The notes under the pieces: model-generated
The model's database searches: none
What the model was told of the DNA's origin: nothing
What the model saw: the letters and a program-made list of their open reading frames with translations, nothing else
Part shown: positions 57,301 to 64,000 of the stretch, one piece after another
How the letters are laid out: the number at the start of each line of letters is the position of its first letter
How positions within the stretch are numbered: the stretch's first letter is position 1
Made by a program: the position numbers and the translations under genes
Source of the DNA: Eledone cirrhosa
Lineage: Eukaryota
Direction: 5' to 3'
DNA length: 64,000 nt
NCBI GenBank assembly: GCA_964016885.1
Contig: OZ024745.1
Span: forward strand, 34,224,001 to 34,288,000

Positions 57301-57884
57301 TATCTTATACCTTGCTGTGACACAATGTTAACCACTCCGTTGTGATGCTATGCCAGCCACACAACAGTGACATTATTTCTACTTCCCTGTAGTGATACTC
57401 TATTAACAACCAGGAAGTTATACTATTTTCATTCATCCCTTTGTTGTTACTATTCTTTCTTGTTACTATTCCAACCACCCTTCAATGTCACTATCTCTAC
57501 CGCATTATTCTGACATCCACCACCCTAGGGGTACACTGTAGCCAGCACTCTGTTCTGACACCATCCACTATGTCTACCCAGTGTCCTATTTACTTCTCTA
57601 CCGTTGAGATGCCATATGAACCCCGTTGTGATGCTAATTCAATGACCTCCGCTGTGATGCTAATTCAATGACCCTGTTGTGTTGTTATTTCAAGACCCCC
57701 CCTCCCCAAGTTGTGATGCGATCCCAACCACCCTGTTGTATATTTATATCTACCATCTTTTATGTCTAGTGTACCTGTTGATTTTGTCCAGTCTGAACAT
57801 AATCACTTCCTACATACTGTCTCACTTATATTTCTACTTTTGACCATACTCATGTTTGTCTAGTTGCTCTCCCACACATCTACC

Positions 57885-58100
57885 TATCTACATCCCACTC
57901 CTATCCCAATCTATCTCTACCCCTCTCCTCTCCCAATCTATCTACATCCCACTCCTCTCCCAACCTATCTCTACCCCTCTCCTCTCCCAATCTATCTCTA
58001 CCCCTCTCCTCTCCCAATCTATCTCTACCCCACTCCTCTCCCAAACTACCTCTAGTCCACTCATCTCTCAATTTATCTCTGGCCCTCACCTCTCCCAATA
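57885..58100. repeat. 27-bp minisatellite (ctcccaatctatctctacccctctcct)n
   Basis: About 7-8 units. Gives the STPLLSQSI pseudo-peptide repeat. Confidence 0.9.
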
Positions 58101-58400
58101 ACCTAAATACCTACCCACCTACCCACCTACCTATGAATCTACCTACCGACCTACCTAACTAACTAACTAACTACCCATCTATCCACCTCCCTATCTACTT
58201 ACCTATCGACCTACCTACGTACCTACCTAACTAACTACCCACCAACCTGCCTACCGACATAGCTACCGACATACCTACCTACCTACCTACTTACTGAGTT
58301 ACCTACTCACCCACAAACCTATGTACTTATCTACTTACCTATATTACTACGTACGTACCCACGTACCTGCCTCCATCCGTCCCACCTTCTATCTATCTAC

Positions 58401-58871
58401 ACAAAGGAAGCAAAGGCGGTTTTTCTGTGCGTAATAGCCATGTTGAAAGAGGTTGTTTGGTGGACACGATTGAAAGGTCTGAGGTCAGGCAACTTCCTCT
58501 CTGGCCATAGTCTGGTCTACTTCTTCCGATATCACTTCGGAAGAAGGATAAGAATGGAGAGAGAGGTGCTTGGCCACAGGCAGTTTTATGAAAGGTGGGT
58601 GATAGTGGCGAGAATGGCTCGTGTAAATGGGCCTTCTCTGTATACCATCCTGTAGGTAAAGAAGTAAAGGAGAGGGGAGCACCTTCTCCATGTGCTCCCC
58701 GGGCAAAGGATTGCACACTTTTTCGGGGGTGTGTGCAACCCCCATCACGTCCCCTCCCTTTTGAGGTTATTTTCGATTATTTTCATGTTACACCCTTTTT
58801 ACTCGATTATATGTAAACTCCCCCTTTGTATTTGTCCCTTCTTTTTATGCCTTTATGGTAAATAAAGAAAT
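58401..58871 (+). mobile_element. L1/Tx1-like LINE 3' end with ORF2 C-terminal remnant
   Basis: Open frame 58401-58655: ...AMLKEVVWWTRLK...RIRMEREVLGHRQFYERWVIVARM..., with the K..+W..R ... F..RW pattern of L1/Tx1 ORF2 ends. Followed by 3'UTR, AATAAA and TCTA repeats. Second short end at 58901-59001. Confidence 0.7.
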
Positions 58872-59174
58872 CTATCTATTTATTTATCGATCTATCTATA
58901 GTTTATTGTTATTCATCATTGTTAAAGATTTTATGTAAAAACCCCGCGGTCACGTCTTGTAATGTCCCATTTTTGTACACCCTTGTGGCAAATAAAGAAA
59001 TATATCTATTTACTTACATAGTTATCCCTCTAGCTGATTTCTATTAATCTGCCTGTATGTCTATCTACGTGTAAGAGTTTCTCCCTGTTTGTCTATATGT
59101 CTGTCTGTAGATATGTATACATTTATGTATTTATTAAGACATATATATATGTATATATATGTATATATATATAA

Positions 59175-59288
<114 letters not shown>

Positions 59289-59290
59289 AT

Positions 59291-59716
59291 TGGACGAGGT
59301 TAACAGGGCTGAGGTCAGACACCTTTCTCTCCGGCGAGCAACTGATTCGTTTTTTCAAATAATATTTTGGAAGAAGAATCAGGATGGAGAGAGAGGTGCT
59401 GTACCCCAGCAAATTTTATAAAAGGTGGGTGAATGTGGCAAAGATGGCCCGATTGGTTGGGTCTTCTCTCTATATAAGCCTGTAGGTTGAGGAAAAAGAA
59501 GAAGGGAGGAAGGGAGTACTCACTCTTGGTGCTCCTGGAGATGAGGGTTGTACATTTTTTCGGGGTGTGTACAACCCCTGTGTAACACCTCTCCCCTATT
59601 GGGGATTTCAATCGTGATTTGTTATTGTATTAATAGTTTTATTTCCATATACCTGTATGTAAACTCCCCATTTGTATTTGTCCCCTTCTTTTGTGCCCTT
59701 GTGGCTAATAAAGAAC
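59291..59716 (+). mobile_element. L1/Tx1-like LINE 3' fragment
   Basis: [15 protein letters not shown] is homologous to the 58460 region, with the same 3' end. Confidence 0.7.
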
Positions 59717-59742
59717 TTTATCTATATATATATATATGTATT

Positions 59743-59775
<33 letters not shown>

Positions 59776-59778
<3 letters not shown>

Positions 59779-59885
59779 ATTGTTTCTACTTTTGGCACAA
59801 AGACATAAATAACCCAGTGTATTACTGGTACTTTATTTTATCGACCCCGTAAGGATGAAAGGCAAAGTTAACCTCGGCGGGATTT
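59776..59885 (-). mobile_element. 5'-truncated SINE
   Basis: Consensus match. Confidence 0.88.
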
Positions 59886-60129
59886 ATAATATTAGTATTT
59901 TTCCTTCTACTTGTATTTTCTTAATCTATCTACATCTATCATATACTATATTCTGTGTGTGTGTGTGCGTTTAAGTGTGCATGTGTACATTCCGATGGTT
60001 AAACTATACACGTATCTATGGATGTGTGTGAATATATGTTTTCGTGTACATATATTTGTATGTATGTATCTATCTATAGGTCTGTTTCTCTGTCTGCCTG
60101 TCTGCTTGTCTGTCTGTCACTCTATCTAT

Positions 60130-60210
<81 letters not shown>

Positions 60211-60600
60211 GATCTATCTGTCTATTTATCTGATTATCTTATCTATCAACCTATGTATTGCATTCAGTTGAACTTCCCTTCCTCGCCGCAAGTGAGGTTT
60301 TGTTGATTTCTTCACATTTATTTATTTTTTCCGTGATTTGATTTTTGATTGATTTCTCATTGAAACAGCCTGTTTGGTTGACAAACAGTCACAATGCTTT
60401 CTTTCCCACTCTACTGTCAACTGAAATCTACCACTAATACTACCACTAACACTGTCACTAACACTAGCACCAGCATCTCTCTGTGTTAACACTAGTAACG
60501 ACCCCAGTACTAATACCAGTTCTACTGACCCCCACACACACCTATCATTAAGTATTTCGTTATAATATATTTACTGAAAGAAACTGTCTATAATATTCAA

Positions 60601-60658
60601 ATAATTGTTTCTACTTTAGGCACAAGGCCAGCAAATTACCCAGTTCATTACTGGTACT
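60601..60658 (-). mobile_element. SINE tail fragment with 18-bp TSD
   Basis: ctataatattcaaataat is duplicated at 60588-60605 and 60657-60674. Confidence 0.85.
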
Positions 60659-61789
60659 ATAATATTCAAATAATATTGGAAACAACCAGGAATTTGGAGA
60701 GATTTAATTATGCTACTAACATAACTAGGCGAACTCATTATTAACCTGGTGTTGGGAACATAACCTAATAAAGGTTCTCACATAAATTTATGATGGAAGG
60801 TTTTTAGATAATATAAACACTTTAAAACAAACAGTTTTATATCTTAGAACCAGAACAGGTTTCGGGTAGTTAGGTATTAAAAGGATTAACAGTAATAACA
60901 GTACTAGTAGTAATACCAGTATCACTAATGTACCATAATTAACCCTTTCATCATATTTTTTATGAAAGACACTGACGATCATTTTCAAATGTTTTTTGAA
61001 AATAATCAATCCTTTGGGAGGATTTAGTTGTATTAAACTAACTTTCTCTTTAAGTTGGCGTGTGGAGCATAACTTAACAAAGGTTCTAACATGGAATTAT
61101 GGTAGAAGGTTTTTAGATAAATACACTTTCTCTTTACAATCATCCACCTCAACAGAATCAGTCACTTATATTCATCTCCTCACTACCATTACCACCACCA
61201 CCACCATCACCATCACCACCACCATCATCACCGTCAGTGTCTCCACCAGCTTAACTATCATCAACACCACCATTATTACTATCAACTTCACTGTGATAAT
61301 ATTTCCTTTCTCAGACCTCTGTCAACTTTCATCCTTTCCGGGATCGAAGATTATACGGTCCTAGTCTAGTTTTGTGGTCGATTTAATCGACTTCTCCCCT
61401 CAACCTGCAGGTCTTATGTCTAAATAAGAAACAATTATAATTTATCACTATCACTATCACTAATATCTATATAACACCAACATCTGTATATACAAGTAGC
61501 AGCACTAGTTCTGACACCATCATCATCATAAACATACACCTACATAATCACCTTCCTCAATTGAAACTATCGCATAGCCCCTCCATCTATATCTGAAGTT
61601 TCCAGCCTGGGGCTCAGAGAAGCCATTAAGCTCCGTAAAAGTATAAGTGTGGGTGTGAGTGTCTATGAACTAATTTCAAAATTTCAAGTAGCTTGTTAAA
61701 AACATAATATACCCACACTATTGGGTATCGATTCTTCGCAAACTGTAAAAAAAAAAATCCTCTCTTTCGATTATCATTATTATCATTGT

Positions 61790-62160
61790 CAGTATCGGTA
61801 GAGAGTCGGACGCCATGCTTTCCAGCATAGTTACGTCCCTTTACGATCTGAGTTCAAATCCCGCCGAGGTTAACTTTGCCTTTCATCCTTACGGGGGTCG
61901 ATAAAATAAAGTACCAGTAATGCACTGGGTAATTGCTGGCCTTGTGCCAAAAGTAGAAACAATTATTATTATCATTGTCAGTATCGGTAGAGAGTCGGAC
62001 GCCATGCTTTCCAGCATAGTTACGTCCCTTTACGATCTGAGTTCAAATCCCGCCGAGGTTAACTTTGCCTTTCATCCTTACGGGAGTCGATAAAATAAAG
62101 TACCAGTAATACACTGGATAATTGTTGGCCTTGTGCCAAAAGTAGAAACAATTATTATTA
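61790..62160 (+). mobile_element. Tandem SINE dimer
   Basis: Two near-identical units, both starting attatcattgtcagtatcggtagagagtcgg. Confidence 0.92.
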
Positions 62161-63358
62161 TCACCGTATAACAGAGTTTTGGGTTGGCCGAATCGTTAGA
62201 GCGTCTTACGAAATACCTTGCGGCATTTGTTTCGGCTCTTTGTGTTCAAATCCTACCGAGGTGAATTTTGCCTTTCATTTTTCTGGGGTCAAAAATGTAA
62301 AGTACCATTCAAATACTGGATTCAATATAATCGACTTACCTTCGATCCCCAAACGCCTGGCCTTGTGTTTACATTTCACAAAACATATATTATCGCCGAA
62401 AGTATATAACGATCTAGGAAAGGAATACTTGTAGCAGGGTGGTCCGTGGGGAAGTTCATTTTAACAACAGAGGGTCCTTGGTTATGAAAAGTTTGGGAAC
62501 AACAGAACGATATACAAAATTATCAACGTCATCATCGTCTCTATCAACATCATTTATCATCAGCAACACCATCATCACCATCATCATCACCAACACCATC
62601 AACATCACCATCATCAGCAACACCACCACCACCATCATCAGCAACACGATCAACACCATCATCATCAGCAACACCATCATCACCATCATCAGCAACACCA
62701 TCATCACCACCACCATCAACACCATCATCACCACCACCATCAACACCATCAACACCATCATCACCATCATCACCCTCATCACCACCACCATCACCACCAC
62801 CATCACCACCACCATCACCACCACCACCATCATCACCATCATCACCAGAAATATCAGACAGTCACTAAATAAAACCGCAACTAATAACATTCTCACTACA
62901 CCTCATTCAAATCTGTCAGACACACATTCATACACCTTCACACACACACAGACACCTTCACACACACACACACAGACACGCAGAGACCCCCCCCCCCCCA
63001 CATATATATGCTATGCACACACACACACACACACCGACACGCAGACACCCCCACCACCACATATATATGCACACACATACACACATACACACACACAATT
63101 ACAAGCACACACACACATACACATGTAAGCACACACATACACATACAAGCACACACACATACACATACAAGCACACACACATACATTTACAAGCACACAC
63201 ACACACACACACTCTCTCTCGACATATTTATATATATGCATGTTGTATGTGTGTATTTATTCATTACCTCTCCCCTCTCTCTATCTCTCTCTTCCTTTCT
63301 CTCTCTCTCTCCCTCTCTCTCTACCCCTCTCCCTGTCGCTCTTTTTCTGTCTCCCCTG

Positions 63359-63440
<82 letters not shown>

Positions 63441-63752
63441 ATATATATTTGTATATATTCAATTTTTATTTTTACTTTAAAAACTACCGCTCTTGTTTTA
63501 ACTAACAGTCACACCTTACTATACTTCGTTCTCTCTTTCTACATCCCTCTCTCCCCTTCTCCGCATCACTCTCCTTTCCTTCCTACTTCTTACTCTCTCT
63601 CTCTTTCCCCCCGTCCTAGCTCTACCCCCCCTCTCTCTCTAGTTTTTCTTTCTTTCTTTCCGTCATATTCCTCTTTATTCTTTTCTTCATTTCCCCTCCT
63701 AGATTGTCGTATCAGTCTTCCTCAATTTCTGCACTTTTCAATCTCCCATGTA

Positions 63753-63796
<44 letters not shown>

Positions 63797-63800
<4 letters not shown>

Positions 63801-63992
63801 AAGTATGACCCCGACGGCAGAGCTCAAGCCGTTTCGACGGCTAATTCTGGACTAGTTCAGAATTAGCCGTCGAAACGGCTTGAGCTCAGCCGTCGGGGTC
63901 CTACTCGTTCCTATTGCCCACTCTACTACCCTAAGTATTGAGTACTTTGGTGCGTTATGGTCCATCTGGTTCCTTACCACATTTCCTTCGTT
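63797..63992 (+). mobile_element. Family A hairpin mini-element (most complete copy)
   Basis: ~104-nt near-perfect palindrome at 63802-63905 centred on actagt, plus an ~87-nt tail. (TA)n on both sides. Confidence 0.88.
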
Positions 63993-64000
63993 ATATATAT

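Noticed and set aside
62439-63128. 229-aa Thr/Ile/His-rich ORF
   Set aside because: Made of (CAT/CAC)n and (CA)n repeats.

Overview
AT-rich, microsatellite-saturated eukaryotic non-coding DNA. The SINE, RTE and simple-repeat landscape suggests an octopus/cephalopod intron or intergenic region (inference). I found no host protein-coding exon, tRNA or rRNA gene that I can support, and almost all listed ORFs are translations of simple repeats. The window holds about 20 copies of a ~190-bp tRNA-derived SINE, 3' ends of three LINE clades (RTE, L1/Tx1-like, R4-like RLE), piggyBac-like MITE remnants and a 2.2-kb ~30-bp minisatellite. The most notable signal is a set of short inserts sitting in (TA)n tracts. 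They carry minimal type-I hammerhead ribozyme motifs with palindromic stem III, of the kind known from Penelope-like elements. Several are fold-back (inverted-repeat) units, and one has a compensatory U3-A8 core. Each retroelement class appears to occupy its own microsatellite: (TA)n, (TCTA)n, (CATA)n or (ATGT)n. All coordinates and pairings were read by eye and may be off by a few bases.
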